This document shows, in pieces, positions 28,162 to 38,748 of a DNA stretch of 64,000 nt. Every line of letters begins with the position of its first letter. Position 1 is the first letter of the stretch. Origin of the DNA: an uncultured virus (IMG/VR IMGVR_UViG_3300025674_000026). Its lineage: Duplodnaviria; Heunggongvirae; Uroviricota; Caudoviricetes. A model generated the notes under the pieces. The model had not been told where the DNA came from and ran no database searches. It worked only from the letters and a program-made list of their open reading frames with translations. Both the position numbers and the translations under genes were made by a program. Where the stretch lies: the IMG/VR virus record IMGVR_UViG_3300025674_000026; one strand, given 5' to 3'.

Positions 28162-29820
28162 ATGCCTGCAGATAGTGATGTATATCTTGGTAATCCGAAT
28201 CTAAAAAGAACCAATGTTAATATTGAGTGGACTCAAGAAAACATTGAAGAGTATTTAAAGTGTAAGGAAGATCCCGTATACTTTACAGAAAACTATATCA
28301 AGATTATTAACTTGGATGAGGGTCTCGTTCCATTCGAGATGTATCCTTTCCAAGAAAAGTTAGTAAAGAATTTCCATGAAAACAGATTCAACATCTGCAA
28401 AATGCCACGACAGTCGGGTAAGTCAACGACTGTTGTATCTTATCTTCTACATTACGCTCTTTTTAACGATAGTGTTACCATTGGTATCCTAGCAAACAAA
28501 GCAGCAACTGCAAGGGAACTCTTAGGCAGATTACAAACTGCATATGAGGCACTACCTCACTGGTTACAACAAGGTGTTGCAGTTTGGAACAGAGGTTCTA
28601 TTGAACTAGAAAATAAATCGAAGATCATTGCTGCATCGACATCCGCATCTGCTGTTCGAGGCATGTCGTTCAACATCATCTTCTTGGACGAATTTGCGTT
28701 CATCCCAAACCATATTGCAGACGACTTCTTCAGTTCTGTATATCCTACTATTTCGTCTGGTAAATCCACAAAGGTTATTATCGTTTCTACCCCCAAGGGT
28801 ATGAATCACTTCTACAGGTTATGGCATGATGCCGAACTTGGTAGGAATGAATATGTAACTACGGACGTTCACTGGTCAGAGGTTCCTGGTCGTGATGAGG
28901 CGTGGAAAGAACAGACAATTAAAAACACTTCTGAAGCTCAGTTCCGAGTTGAGTTTGAATGTGAGTTCCTTGGATCGGTTGATACTCTAATCGCTCCAGC
29001 TAAACTCAAAGCGATGGTCTACGATGAACCAATAGGTAAAGGACAAAAGGGAGGAGAGATATATGCTTCTCCAGAAAAAGACCATACTTATGTTATAACA
29101 GTTGACGTTGCCAGGGGTGTAGAAAAAGACTATTCTGCTTTTATTGTTTTTGACACAACTTCATTCCCATATAAAGTAGTTGCGAAATATAGGAACAATG
29201 TAATTAAACCAATGTTGTTCCCAAATGTTATCATGGAGTTTGCAAAAGCATATAACAATGCTTTTATTCTCTGTGAGGTAAATGACATTGGTGATCAGGT
29301 TGCAAGTATTATCCAATATGATCTTGAGTATGAAAATCTACTCATGGCATCAATGCGTGGACGTGCTGGTCAAATCGTGGGTCAAGGGTTTTCGGGAAAT
29401 AAAGTGCAACTGGGAGTTAAGATGTCTAAGACTGTTAAAAAAGTCGGTGCTCTTAATCTCAAAGCAATTATTGAAAGTGATAAACTACTCATAAGTGATT
29501 ATGATGTCATTGCAGAACTTACGACTTTTGTAGAGAAAGCAAATTCATTTGAGGCAGAAGAAGGATGTAACGATGACTTGGCAATGTGTCTGGTTATTTT
29601 TGCTTGGTTGATTGTTCAAGACTACTTCAAAGAAATGACTGATGATGACATCAGAAAAAGAGTCTACGATGATCAGAGAGATCAAATTGAACAAGATATG
29701 GCACCATTTGGATTCTTAAGTGATGGTATTACTGAGGAGAGTAGTTTTGTAGACTCTGCTGGTGATCGATGGAACGTAGATGAGTATGGAGATCGTTCGT
29801 TTATGTGGGAGTATCTGTGA
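28162..29820 (+). CDS. gp17: Terminase large subunit gp17
   Basis: YLGNPNLK, PRQSGKST (Walker A), IIFLDEFAF (Walker B), VDVARG, NDDLAM. Confidence 0.96.
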   Translation: MPADSDVYLGNPNLKRTNVNIEWTQENIEEYLKCKEDPVYFTENYIKIINLDEGLVPFEMYPFQEKLVKNFHENRFNICKMPRQSGKSTTVVSYLLHYALFNDSVTIGILANKAATARELLGRLQTAYEALPHWLQQGVAVWNRGSIELENKSKIIAASTSASAVRGMSFNIIFLDEFAFIPNHIADDFFSSVYPTISSGKSTKVIIVSTPKGMNHFYRLWHDAELGRNEYVTTDVHWSEVPGRDEAWKEQTIKNTSEAQFRVEFECEFLGSVDTLIAPAKLKAMVYDEPIGKGQKGGEIYASPEKDHTYVITVDVARGVEKDYSAFIVFDTTSFPYKVVAKYRNNVIKPMLFPNVIMEFAKAYNNAFILCEVNDIGDQVASIIQYDLEYENLLMASMRGRAGQIVGQGFSGNKVQLGVKMSKTVKKVGALNLKAIIESDKLLISDYDVIAELTTFVEKANSFEAEEGCNDDLAMCLVIFAWLIVQDYFKEMTDDDIRKRVYDDQRDQIEQDMAPFGFLSDGITEESSFVDSAGDRWNVDEYGDRSFMWEYL

Positions 29821-30065
29821 TGGACTTGGATGATGAATTTAGTTTAGGTCATCTAGTTTTACAAGAAAGAAGATGTAGGTCATGCAGAAAAATAAAAGAC
29901 CTTCTTACAGACTTTTATAGAACAAGAAGAGATAGAACTACGTTGTCTGCCTATTCATATGAGTGTAAGGAATGCACAAAAAAACGAGTTGCTGATGCAA
30001 GAAAAAAGGTCGTAGATAAAATGGTAACAAATATCTTTGGTAGATGGGAATATCCTGACTGGTAG
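29820..30065 (+). CDS. Small CxxC...CxxC zinc-finger protein
   Basis: RRCRSC...YECKEC; the ATG at 29820 overlaps the gp17 stop. Confidence 0.65.
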   Translation: MDLDDEFSLGHLVLQERRCRSCRKIKDLLTDFYRTRRDRTTLSAYSYECKECTKKRVADARKKVVDKMVTNIFGRWEYPDW

Positions 30066-30150
30066 TACGTTCATGCATTGTTTCCCCACTTGAGCAAGAG
30101 GAATTTCTAAATAATCACAGGGAAAATGAACTTCTTCAAGAGGAACAAAC

Positions 30151-32589
30151 ATGGCGTTAAATTTAGTATCACCAGGCGTCAAGGTAAGGGAAGTTGATCT
30201 TACTATTGGAAGAATTGATGATGTCACTGATCAGGTAGGCGCAATTGCTGGTCCTTTTGCGAAGGGTCCAGTTAACGTTCCCATCCTGGTTGAGACAGAA
30301 CAGGATCTACTCGCTACCTTCGGAAAGCCTTACAGCACGGACGACCAGTATGAGTACTGGATGACAGCTTCGTCCTTCCTTTCTTACGGTGGCGTATTAA
30401 GAGTCGTAAGATCTAGCAACTCGTATCTGGCAAATGCTAACGTACCAGTTGGTGTTGCACTTACAAACTTACAAGTAAATTCTACAGAAGATTACTACAA
30501 CAATCACACGACCGATGGTGATTGGTTGTATGCAGCAAGAAACCCAGGATCTTGGGCAAATGACCTCAAGGTTTGTATTGTTGACGGAAGAGCCGACCAG
30601 AGACTGGCAATCGGTACAGAGGGTATCGGCGTTGGATACGCTATTACTGCTGGATTCTCCACTTCTGTTGCACTAACAAACGGAACCGTTGGCGTTCAAA
30701 CTGGATATCTAAAGGGTGTCATTACTGATGTCCATCACGGATCTGTTGATGTTAAAGTTCTTTCCAAGTATGTTGAGGGAGAGAACAAGTGGTATGAAGT
30801 TGATTATGAAGAAGGTTCCAGCACTGGAGCATTCCTAGGATACGATCAAGGACTTCTAGATCACGTTGCTGGTCTTGCATATTCTGAAAGTGCAAACCAT
30901 GCAAACCTTTATAGAGTCTTTGATTCTGCTGGTTCTCAAATCAGAATGGAGAGAACAAGATTCCAGGCTGCTGTAGGTGTTGGTTCCACTGTCATTGACT
31001 TTAGTGCTGACCTAGACACTTCTAAGGTTGCTATTGGTGACCAAGTTAGATCCCTAAACGGAACTTACACAGGTCAAGTTGTTGGATTTACAACCGCTGG
31101 TGATCCAAATGACACCACTGCACTAATTATGGACACAACCGCTGGTGTTGCGTTCGCTAATACAGACTTCATTGTTATGTCTGGTATTGGTAGTGGATTG
31201 TCTCTAAGACAAGGCAACACAGTACATGACTGGTACAATCAACAGACTCTTGGACTGAACAACAGCACAGTTTACTGGAAGTCTATTGCACCAAAACCCG
31301 CAACTTCCGAGTACGCTAAAGAGAGAAGTTCCAGATTTGACGAAGTACATGTTCTTGTAGTTGATGACACTGGTAGAGTAACTGGAACTGCAGGTAATAT
31401 TGTTGAGAAGTGGACTGGACTTTCCAAGGCTTCTGATGCTAAGATCTCTCCATCTACCGCTGTATACTATAAGGACTATATCGCTCAGTTCTCCGACAAC
31501 ATTTTCGTTGGTGCTGCACAAACTGGTATTGGTCTGAAGTATAACCTAATGGGTGCTGGATTCACAGTCGATGAAACTGGTACTTGGGGACAAGAAGCAC
31601 AGGGAGTCACCTTCAATGGTGCTGGTGCTCAAATCATGAGTCTTGCAAATGGTAATGATTACGGTGGAGTTGGTCAATTCGAAGTAAGTCTCGGTGATGT
31701 CATTGAGTCCTACACAGTTCTCGAAAATCCTGCTGAGTACACTGTCAATTACTTAATCAATGGTCCTTCTGGTGGTTCTTCCATCTATGAAGCACAAGCT
31801 AAGGCAAACAAACTAATCCAGATTGCAGGCACCCGTAAGGATTGCATCGCATGTATTTCTCCATACAGATCTGGAGTTGTTGGTCTAACCAACAGTGACA
31901 ATCAGACTGACAACATTGTCAAGTTCTTCGATAGTCTATCTTCGAGTTCTTATGCAGTGTTTGATTCTGGTTATAAGTACATGTTCGACAGATTCAACAA
32001 TACCTTCAGATACATTCCTCTGAATGGTGACATTGCTGGTCTGATGGCAAGAACATCCACCACCTCTTTCCCTTGGTTCTCCCCTGCTGGAGCACAGAGA
32101 GGTGTTATCAATAATGCAATCAAACTTGCATACAATCCATCTCAAGCACAGAGAGATATCCTTTATCCTAAGAGAATTAACCCAGTTATGTTCTCTGCTG
32201 GTGCTGGAATGATTCTCTTTGGAGATAAGACCGCTCTCAAGGAAGCATCTGCATTCGATAGAATCAATGTTCGCCGTCTGTTCCTCACCATCGAGGCAAC
32301 AATCGAGAGAGCTGCAAGAGCTCAACTGTTTGAGTTCAATGACGTTCTAACCAGAACTAACTTCCTCAATATTGTTGAACCTTACCTTCGTGATGTTAAG
32401 GCTAAGAGAGGTATCACTGATTTCGTCGTAGTTTGTGACGAGAGCAACAATACACCTGACGTGGTTGATGCCAACCAGTTTAAGGCTGACATCTTCGTGA
32501 AACCTGCGAGATCGATCAATTACATTGGTCTGACCTTCGTTGCCACACGCACTGGTGTAAGTTTCGATGAAGTCATCGGTACTGCCTGA
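30151..32589 (+). CDS. gp18: Tail sheath protein gp18
   Basis: LVSPGVKVREVDLT...WFSPAG...FDRINVRRLF...KPARSINYI; CTAAATA at 30107. Confidence 0.96.
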   Translation: MALNLVSPGVKVREVDLTIGRIDDVTDQVGAIAGPFAKGPVNVPILVETEQDLLATFGKPYSTDDQYEYWMTASSFLSYGGVLRVVRSSNSYLANANVPVGVALTNLQVNSTEDYYNNHTTDGDWLYAARNPGSWANDLKVCIVDGRADQRLAIGTEGIGVGYAITAGFSTSVALTNGTVGVQTGYLKGVITDVHHGSVDVKVLSKYVEGENKWYEVDYEEGSSTGAFLGYDQGLLDHVAGLAYSESANHANLYRVFDSAGSQIRMERTRFQAAVGVGSTVIDFSADLDTSKVAIGDQVRSLNGTYTGQVVGFTTAGDPNDTTALIMDTTAGVAFANTDFIVMSGIGSGLSLRQGNTVHDWYNQQTLGLNNSTVYWKSIAPKPATSEYAKERSSRFDEVHVLVVDDTGRVTGTAGNIVEKWTGLSKASDAKISPSTAVYYKDYIAQFSDNIFVGAAQTGIGLKYNLMGAGFTVDETGTWGQEAQGVTFNGAGAQIMSLANGNDYGGVGQFEVSLGDVIESYTVLENPAEYTVNYLINGPSGGSSIYEAQAKANKLIQIAGTRKDCIACISPYRSGVVGLTNSDNQTDNIVKFFDSLSSSSYAVFDSGYKYMFDRFNNTFRYIPLNGDIAGLMARTSTTSFPWFSPAGAQRGVINNAIKLAYNPSQAQRDILYPKRINPVMFSAGAGMILFGDKTALKEASAFDRINVRRLFLTIEATIERAARAQLFEFNDVLTRTNFLNIVEPYLRDVKAKRGITDFVVVCDESNNTPDVVDANQFKADIFVKPARSINYIGLTFVATRTGVSFDEVIGTA

Positions 32590-32632
32590 TTTTGATCTAT
32601 TCAATAAATAATTCACGAAGAGGAAAACACTA

Positions 32633-33325
32633 ATGGCATCAACCAACAACAACGCCCCAAAAATTAAAGACAGGACTATTGAGGATTTCAAAGGGAGACT
32701 CATTGGTGGGGCCGCAAGGCCTAACCTGTTTGAAGTTGAACTTGCTTTTCCATCCTATGTAAGAGCAAATACGGAGACTCTCCGCAACTCTAGATTCTTG
32801 GTAAAGGCTGCAAATCTACCTGCATCCAACATCAACGTTATTGACGTTCCCTTCAGAGGAAGAAACCTCAAGATTGCTGGTGACAGAACATTCGATGTCT
32901 GGACCATCACCGTAATCAACGATACTTCTTTCGACATCAGAAACGCTTTCGAAGAGTGGATGAACGGCATCAACAAGCATGACAATGCTACTGGTGTTAT
33001 CAACCCCGCTCAGTATCAGAAGGATGCGTTAGTTTATCAGTTGGGTAGAAACACTCAACAGAGCACTTCTGGATTCCCAAGCAACATCAAGTCGGGTCTT
33101 CCTTCTGGTGGTGCTACTTATCCAGTTCTCAAGAAGTATGTCTTCCACGGCGTCTTCCCAACGAACGTAAGTGCTATCGAACTTTCGTATGATTCTTCCG
33201 ATACTATCGAAGAATTCACCGTTGATCTACAAGTTCAGTGGTGGGATGCATACGATGCAAACAATGATAATCTCTTCAGCACTGAAGAGCAGCCAGTTGA
33301 TACCCCAGATTCCCAGGGAAGTTGA
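32633..33325 (+). CDS. gp19: Tail tube protein gp19
   Basis: GGAARPNLFEV...PFRGRNLKIAGDRTFDVWTITVIND...IEEFTV; AATAAATA at 32603. Confidence 0.95.
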   Translation: MASTNNNAPKIKDRTIEDFKGRLIGGAARPNLFEVELAFPSYVRANTETLRNSRFLVKAANLPASNINVIDVPFRGRNLKIAGDRTFDVWTITVINDTSFDIRNAFEEWMNGINKHDNATGVINPAQYQKDALVYQLGRNTQQSTSGFPSNIKSGLPSGGATYPVLKKYVFHGVFPTNVSAIELSYDSSDTIEEFTVDLQVQWWDAYDANNDNLFSTEEQPVDTPDSQGS

Positions 33326-33364
33326 TAGATAAATAACTGGGTAAAGCCCCAGTTCTTTTGATAG

Positions 33365-35035
33365 ATGGCTAAATTATTTGGTTTTAAGATTAAGGAAGAC
33401 GACTCCCAGTCAAAGGGGGTCGTCTCTCCTGTACCTAGGTCCGACGAGGATTCGTCGGATTATTATGTATCTAGTGGTTTTTATGGGCAGTACGTAGACA
33501 TCGATGGTGTCTACAAATCAGAGGCTGATTTAATTAAAAGATATCGCGAAATGGCACTACATCCTGAGGTGGATGGAGCCATTGAAGATATTATAAATGA
33601 AGCAATCGTTTCCGATCAGAACGATTCACCTGTACAGATTGATCTGTCAAATCTTCCTGCTTCGGAAAAACTCAAGTCACTTATCAGAGAAGAGTTCAAA
33701 CATGTAAAAGAACTCTTGGATTTTGATAAGAAGTGTCATGAGATTCTAAGGAACTGGTATGTCGATGGCCGCGTTTTCTATCATAAGGTTATTGATATCC
33801 AAAAACCAGAAGATGGCATTAAAGAAGTAAGATATATTGATCCTCTTAAGATCAAGTATGTAAGAAAAATCAAAGAAGATAAGAACTTACAATCTACAAT
33901 TAGTAGAATACAAAGAGGATCGGAACCACAGAATATTCTTAATCCAGAAATTGAAGAGTATTTTCTCTACGATCCTGGTGCTACCCAAAACAAAAATAAT
34001 CTAGGAGCGATTGGTCAACCTCCTGGCAATGGAATGCAAAAAGTAAAGATTGCACCAGACGCAATCACCTTCTGCCATTCTGGACTGGTAGATAGAAACA
34101 AGCAAACTATTCTATCATACTTACACAAGTCTATTAAGGCACTCAATCAGCTTCGTATGATTGAAGATAGTCTAGTCATCTATAGACTATCTCGTGCTCC
34201 TGAAAGAAGAATTTTCTACATTGATGTTGGTAATCTACCAAAGATCAAAGCGGAACAATACCTTCGTGATGTTATGAACCGTTATCGCAATAAACTGGTT
34301 TATAACGCAGCGACTGGTGAGATCAAAGATGATCGCAAGCATATGAGTATGCTTGAGGACTTCTGGCTTCCACGTCGTGAAGGTGGTCGTGGTACTGAGA
34401 TCACTACTCTTCCTGGTGGGCAGAACTTAGGTGAACTGTCTGATATTGAGTATTTCCAGAAGAAACTATACAGAGCACTTGGTGTTCCTGAGTCTCGTAT
34501 TGCTGGATCTGGAGAAGGTTTTAACCTCGGTCGTTCTTCCGAAATTCTTAGAGACGAAATTAAGTTCACTAAGTTTGTTGGTCGTTTGAGAAAGAGATTC
34601 TCCAATGTCTTCAGCGATATGTTGAAGACTCAGTTGATCCTTAAGAATATTGTCACTCCAGAGGATTGGGATATTCTCTCCGATCATATTCAATATGATT
34701 TCATCTATGACAATCATTTCTCCGAACTGAAAGAAGCAGAACTCCTTAACGAAAGACTGGGAGTTGCTGCTGCTGTTGATCCATATCTCGGTAAGTATTT
34801 CTCTCTTGAATATGTCAGAAGACACATTCTGAAACAGAAAGACGAGGAGATTATTGAGATCGATAAACAGATGGAAAAAGAGATCAAAGACGGTAAGTTA
34901 ATTGATCCTATGGAGATGGCAAATCTAGAAATGGCTAATGCAGCTGGTATGGATTTGGGGGCTCCAGTCAATGAACCAGGTGTGGATGGGTCTGCAACAG
35001 AAGCTCCAGAAATGCCCAAAGGTGGTGAAATATAA
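33365..35035 (+). CDS. gp20: Portal protein gp20
   Basis: YRLSRAPERRIFYIDVGNLPK...EDFWLPRREGGRGTEITTLPGG; GATAAATA at 33328. Confidence 0.97.
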   Translation: MAKLFGFKIKEDDSQSKGVVSPVPRSDEDSSDYYVSSGFYGQYVDIDGVYKSEADLIKRYREMALHPEVDGAIEDIINEAIVSDQNDSPVQIDLSNLPASEKLKSLIREEFKHVKELLDFDKKCHEILRNWYVDGRVFYHKVIDIQKPEDGIKEVRYIDPLKIKYVRKIKEDKNLQSTISRIQRGSEPQNILNPEIEEYFLYDPGATQNKNNLGAIGQPPGNGMQKVKIAPDAITFCHSGLVDRNKQTILSYLHKSIKALNQLRMIEDSLVIYRLSRAPERRIFYIDVGNLPKIKAEQYLRDVMNRYRNKLVYNAATGEIKDDRKHMSMLEDFWLPRREGGRGTEITTLPGGQNLGELSDIEYFQKKLYRALGVPESRIAGSGEGFNLGRSSEILRDEIKFTKFVGRLRKRFSNVFSDMLKTQLILKNIVTPEDWDILSDHIQYDFIYDNHFSELKEAELLNERLGVAAAVDPYLGKYFSLEYVRRHILKQKDEEIIEIDKQMEKEIKDGKLIDPMEMANLEMANAAGMDLGAPVNEPGVDGSATEAPEMPKGGEI

Positions 35036-35038
35036 ATA
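35031..35038 (+). promoter_or_regulatory. Late promoter TATAAATA
   Basis: Exact consensus overlapping the gp20 stop. Confidence 0.8.
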
Positions 35039-35063
35039 CTTCTAACCATACTATTGAAATGTC

Positions 35064-35336
35064 ATGGATGATTTAATTGATCTGATTGCAAAGAACGAGT
35101 CTCCATCGGATATTCATTCAAAAATTAAGGATCTGTTGTTTGCGAAAGCAGCAGACAATATTGAGACTGTTAAACCAGCTGTAACAGCTTCTATGTTTGG
35201 TGGTCCAAATCCTTGGTTAGATGATGAAGAAACCGAAGCAGAAGCTGAGGTGGAAGTTGGAGATGACGTTGAATCTGAAGAAGGTCCTAGTGCAGAACTA
35301 GAAACTTCTGAAGAGGATGATGAAGAAGAAAACTAA
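35064..35336 (+). CDS. Acidic prohead core protein (gp67-like)
   Basis: Lies between gp20 and gp21; helical N-terminus and very acidic tail, as in T4 gp67. Confidence 0.6.
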   Translation: MDDLIDLIAKNESPSDIHSKIKDLLFAKAADNIETVKPAVTASMFGGPNPWLDDEETEAEAEVEVGDDVESEEGPSAELETSEEDDEEEN

Positions 35337-35348
35337 TCTTTACTTAAA

Positions 35349-36080
35349 ATGAAACTCATTACGGAAGAAATCGAATCAGCAAAGATTCTTATCGAAGAAA
35401 AAGACGGTAAGAAATCTATGTTTATCGAAGGTATCTTTCTACAGGGAAACCTGAAGAATAGAAACAATAGAATGTATCCAGTTGATATTCTTGAAAAAGA
35501 AGTCAATAGATATACAGAGTCTTTTGTTTCTAAGGGTAGGGCCCTTGGTGAACTAGGCCATCCAGATGGACCAACAGTAAACCTCGATAGAGTTTCACAT
35601 AAGATTGTTGACCTCCACAGAGAGGGAACTAATTTTGTAGGTAAAGCAAAGCTACTTGATACTCCAATGGGTATCATTGCTAAGTCTCTTCTGGACGAAG
35701 GTGTAACTCTAGGTGTTTCCTCTAGAGGTATGGGTAGTCTTCGCGAAACAAGCGAAGGTTACAAAGTAGTAGGAGAGGATTTCATGCTCGCAACTGCAGC
35801 AGATATTGTTGCAGATCCTTCCGCCCCCGATGCTTTCGTTAATGGCATCATGGAGGGTGTTGAATGGGTATGGGATGCCGGCATCCTAAAAGCCACAAAA
35901 GCTATTATCAATCCAGTTACTGAAGAGGTTATTGCACTTGCAGAACCAGAATCGGAAGTGGAAGAGAAAGTGGAACAAGTCCTTGAGGAAACAAAGGCAA
36001 CTATAAATAAATTTGTTGATCAAAAGATTCTCGACGAGAAGAAATTGGAAATCTTCCAAAACTTCCTATCAAATCTTTGA
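35349..36080 (+). CDS. gp21: Prohead protease gp21
   Basis: IEGIFLQ...NRNNRMYP...ALGELGHP...GVSSRGMGS...DIVADPSAPDAFV. Confidence 0.96.
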   Translation: MKLITEEIESAKILIEEKDGKKSMFIEGIFLQGNLKNRNNRMYPVDILEKEVNRYTESFVSKGRALGELGHPDGPTVNLDRVSHKIVDLHREGTNFVGKAKLLDTPMGIIAKSLLDEGVTLGVSSRGMGSLRETSEGYKVVGEDFMLATAADIVADPSAPDAFVNGIMEGVEWVWDAGILKATKAIINPVTEEVIALAEPESEVEEKVEQVLEETKATINKFVDQKILDEKKLEIFQNFLSNL

Positions 36081-36136
36081 TTTAATAAATAAATACAGAT
36101 TAACGATATCTACAACGATTAGACGGAGAGTTTCAA

Positions 36137-37234
36137 ATGTCTCGTGGAGATTTACAAGAAATGGAAGTAGGCACAAAGCAATCCAAAAGCGCTGTAAATT
36201 CTGGTGCTAAGGGTGCAGATCCTATGCCCAAAATGGCAGATCCTGGTACTCAACTAGGTGCGGTAGAAGATCTGGGTGGTCCTACCCCTCAGAATTCTAA
36301 GCCTGATGACGACAGCAACAAACTTGCTACCCCTACAAAAACCATTAAACAGGTTAAGGATGTAGTAACTAAGGGTGCAGGTAAAGCTGACCCAATGCCA
36401 ACAGCTAATAAGGGTGCAATGTCCTACGAAGAAACTGAGTCGGCTGAGACTGAAGAAGTCATCGCTGAACAGGAAGTAGAAGAAACTTCTTCTATCGTTG
36501 ACGTTAACTCCGCTATTGAAGAGGATGTAAATGCTCTTCTCGCTGGAGAAGATCTTTCTGAGGAGTTCAAAGAAAAGGCTAAGGTCATCTTTGAAGCTGC
36601 AATGAACGCAAAGATCACGGATATCGAAACTCAAATCCAGGAAGCATACGAGACTAAACTCACTGAGGAAGTCGAAGGTATCAAAGTCGAACTCACTGAG
36701 AGACTCGATTCTTATCTGGAGTATGTCGCAGAAGAGTGGTTAGAGGAGAATGCACTTCAAATTGAGAAGGGCATTAAGACCGAAATGACCGAATCCTTCT
36801 TGGACGGCATGAAGAAGCTTTTTGAAGATCATTATGTATCCATCCCTGAAGATAGATATGATGTACTTGAGTCTATGGTAGACAAACTAGATGAAATGGA
36901 GAATAAACTCAACGAGCAAATTGAGAGAAATATTGCTCTAAATCAGCGTCTGTCCGAGACAACCGCTGAGACTATCATGAACAATGTTGCAGAAGGACTT
37001 GCAGTTTCTCAGAAAGAAAAACTTGCAACCCTCGCAGAAGGTGTTGAGTTTGAAAGTGAAGAAGGCTATCGTGAAAAACTAATTACCCTTAAGGAATCGT
37101 ATTTCGGTTCTCCAAAGGCAGCTAGTTCTTCCGAACAGACACAAGAGCTAAGAGAAGAAGCAGGACACGTAGAAGAACCAACTGGTTCTATGGCTGCGTA
37201 CCTTAGAGCTCTTTCCTCTGTTAAAAAGCAGTGA
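36137..37234 (+). CDS. gp22: Prohead scaffold protein gp22
   Basis: LSEEFKEKAKVIFEAA...LDSYLEYVAEEW...LKESYF; acidic coiled coil; AATAAATA at 36084. Confidence 0.93.
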   Translation: MSRGDLQEMEVGTKQSKSAVNSGAKGADPMPKMADPGTQLGAVEDLGGPTPQNSKPDDDSNKLATPTKTIKQVKDVVTKGAGKADPMPTANKGAMSYEETESAETEEVIAEQEVEETSSIVDVNSAIEEDVNALLAGEDLSEEFKEKAKVIFEAAMNAKITDIETQIQEAYETKLTEEVEGIKVELTERLDSYLEYVAEEWLEENALQIEKGIKTEMTESFLDGMKKLFEDHYVSIPEDRYDVLESMVDKLDEMENKLNEQIERNIALNQRLSETTAETIMNNVAEGLAVSQKEKLATLAEGVEFESEEGYREKLITLKESYFGSPKAASSSEQTQELREEAGHVEEPTGSMAAYLRALSSVKKQ

Positions 37235-37265
37235 TTTAAAAATTTCAACACTAAGGTAACTAACA

Positions 37266-38663
37266 ATGCAACAACACATCAATTACAATCATCTCGCTGA
37301 AAAGTGGGCTCCCCTTCTAGACTATGATGGTCTAGATCCTATCAAAGATAGTCACAGACGTAACGTCACCGCTGTTCTCCTTGAGAACCAAGAGCAAATG
37401 CTCCGCGAGAACGCTGAGTTCCTCGGTGAAGCATCCCCAACCAACTCTGCTGGTACTGGTGGTTTCTCTGGTTCTGCTGCTGATGCAGGTCCTGTCGCTG
37501 GTTTCGACCCCGTTCTGATCTCCCTGATCAGACGTGCAATGCCTAACCTGGTTGCTTATGACCTCGCAGGCGTTCAGCCAATGTCTGGTCCTACTGGACT
37601 CATCTTCGCGATGCGTTCCCGTTACACCAACCAGTCTGGCACCGAAGCTCTATTCGACGAGCCCAACACCGCATTCTCCGCACAGAACTCTGGTTCCAGC
37701 CTCTCTGCTGGTTACACCGATGTTGCTGCTGGATTCGGTACTGATGCTCAGGCAGGTACTAACCCATCCGTTCTGAACCCTGTTGGTTCTGCAACTACCT
37801 CCGCTTACAACACTGGTCAGGGTATGACCACTGGTGAGTCTGAGGCACTCGGAGATGGTTCTGGTAACCACTTCAACGAGATGGCATTCTCGATCGAGAA
37901 AGTCACCGTTACCGCGAAGTCCAGAGCTCTGAAAGCTGAGTACTCCTTAGAACTCGCACAAGACCTCAAGGCAATCCACGGTCTGAACGCTGAAGCTGAA
38001 CTCGCAAACATTCTCTCCACAGAGATTCTTGCTGAGATCAACCGCGAAGTCATCAGAACCATCTACAAGATTGCTGAGCAGGGTGCTACTGTTAACACCG
38101 CAACTCCTGGTACTTTCGACCTCGACGTTGACTCCAACGGTCGTTGGTCTGTTGAGAAGTTCAAGGGTCTACTCTTCCAGATGGAAAGAGATGCTAACCA
38201 GATCGCCCAAAGAACTCGTAGAGGGAAGGGCAACGTTGTTCTCTGCTCCGCAGACGTTGCTTCCGCACTCACGATGGCAGGTATTCTGGATTACACCCCT
38301 GCACTCAACGCAAACCTCAACGTTGATGACACTGGCAACACCTTTGCTGGTACTCTCGCTGGTAAGTACAGAGTTTACATCGATCCATTCGCTGCAAACA
38401 ACGACGCTAATCAGTACTACGTCATGGGTTATAAGGGTACTAATCCTTATGACGCAGGTCTGTTCTACTGCCCATACGTTCCTCTCCAAATGGTTCGTGC
38501 CGTTGGTCAGGACACCTTCCAGCCCAAGATTGGCTTCAAGACCCGTTACGGTATTGTTGCTAACCCATTCGCTGAGGGTAATGTTTCTAACCAGGGTCTC
38601 GGCAGACTCCTCGCTAACGCAAACCGTTACTACAGAAGAGTCAAGGTCACCAATTTGATGTGA
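37266..38663 (+). CDS. gp23: Major capsid protein gp23
   Basis: KWAPLL, LIRRAMPNLVAYD..GVQPM.GPTGLIFAMR, KSRALKAEYSLELAQDLKAIHG, FQPKIGFKTRYG. Confidence 0.98.
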   Translation: MQQHINYNHLAEKWAPLLDYDGLDPIKDSHRRNVTAVLLENQEQMLRENAEFLGEASPTNSAGTGGFSGSAADAGPVAGFDPVLISLIRRAMPNLVAYDLAGVQPMSGPTGLIFAMRSRYTNQSGTEALFDEPNTAFSAQNSGSSLSAGYTDVAAGFGTDAQAGTNPSVLNPVGSATTSAYNTGQGMTTGESEALGDGSGNHFNEMAFSIEKVTVTAKSRALKAEYSLELAQDLKAIHGLNAEAELANILSTEILAEINREVIRTIYKIAEQGATVNTATPGTFDLDVDSNGRWSVEKFKGLLFQMERDANQIAQRTRRGKGNVVLCSADVASALTMAGILDYTPALNANLNVDDTGNTFAGTLAGKYRVYIDPFAANNDANQYYVMGYKGTNPYDAGLFYCPYVPLQMVRAVGQDTFQPKIGFKTRYGIVANPFAEGNVSNQGLGRLLANANRYYRRVKVTNLM

Positions 38664-38683
38664 TTCATTCACACAACTCAATC

Positions 38684-38710
38684 AAGAGGGTCTTCGGACC
38701 CTCTTTTTTT
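38684..38710 (+). terminator. Rho-independent terminator with UUCG loop after gp23
   Basis: AAGAGGGTC-TTCG-GACCCTCTT-TTTTT. Confidence 0.9.
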
Positions 38711-38748
38711 ATGGACTTTCATAAATAGAGTGCTTTTGCTATAAGATC

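Noticed and set aside
29820..30065. Homing endonuclease between gp17 and gp18
   Set aside because: Only a short CxxC...CxxC module with no HNH or GIY-YIG catalytic motif; gp17 and gp43 show no intron or intein.
33335..33359. AACTGGG/CCCAGTT hairpin between gp19 and gp20 as an ncRNA
   Set aside because: Too short; adequately explained as a weak terminator or a 5' stabilising hairpin beside the late promoter.
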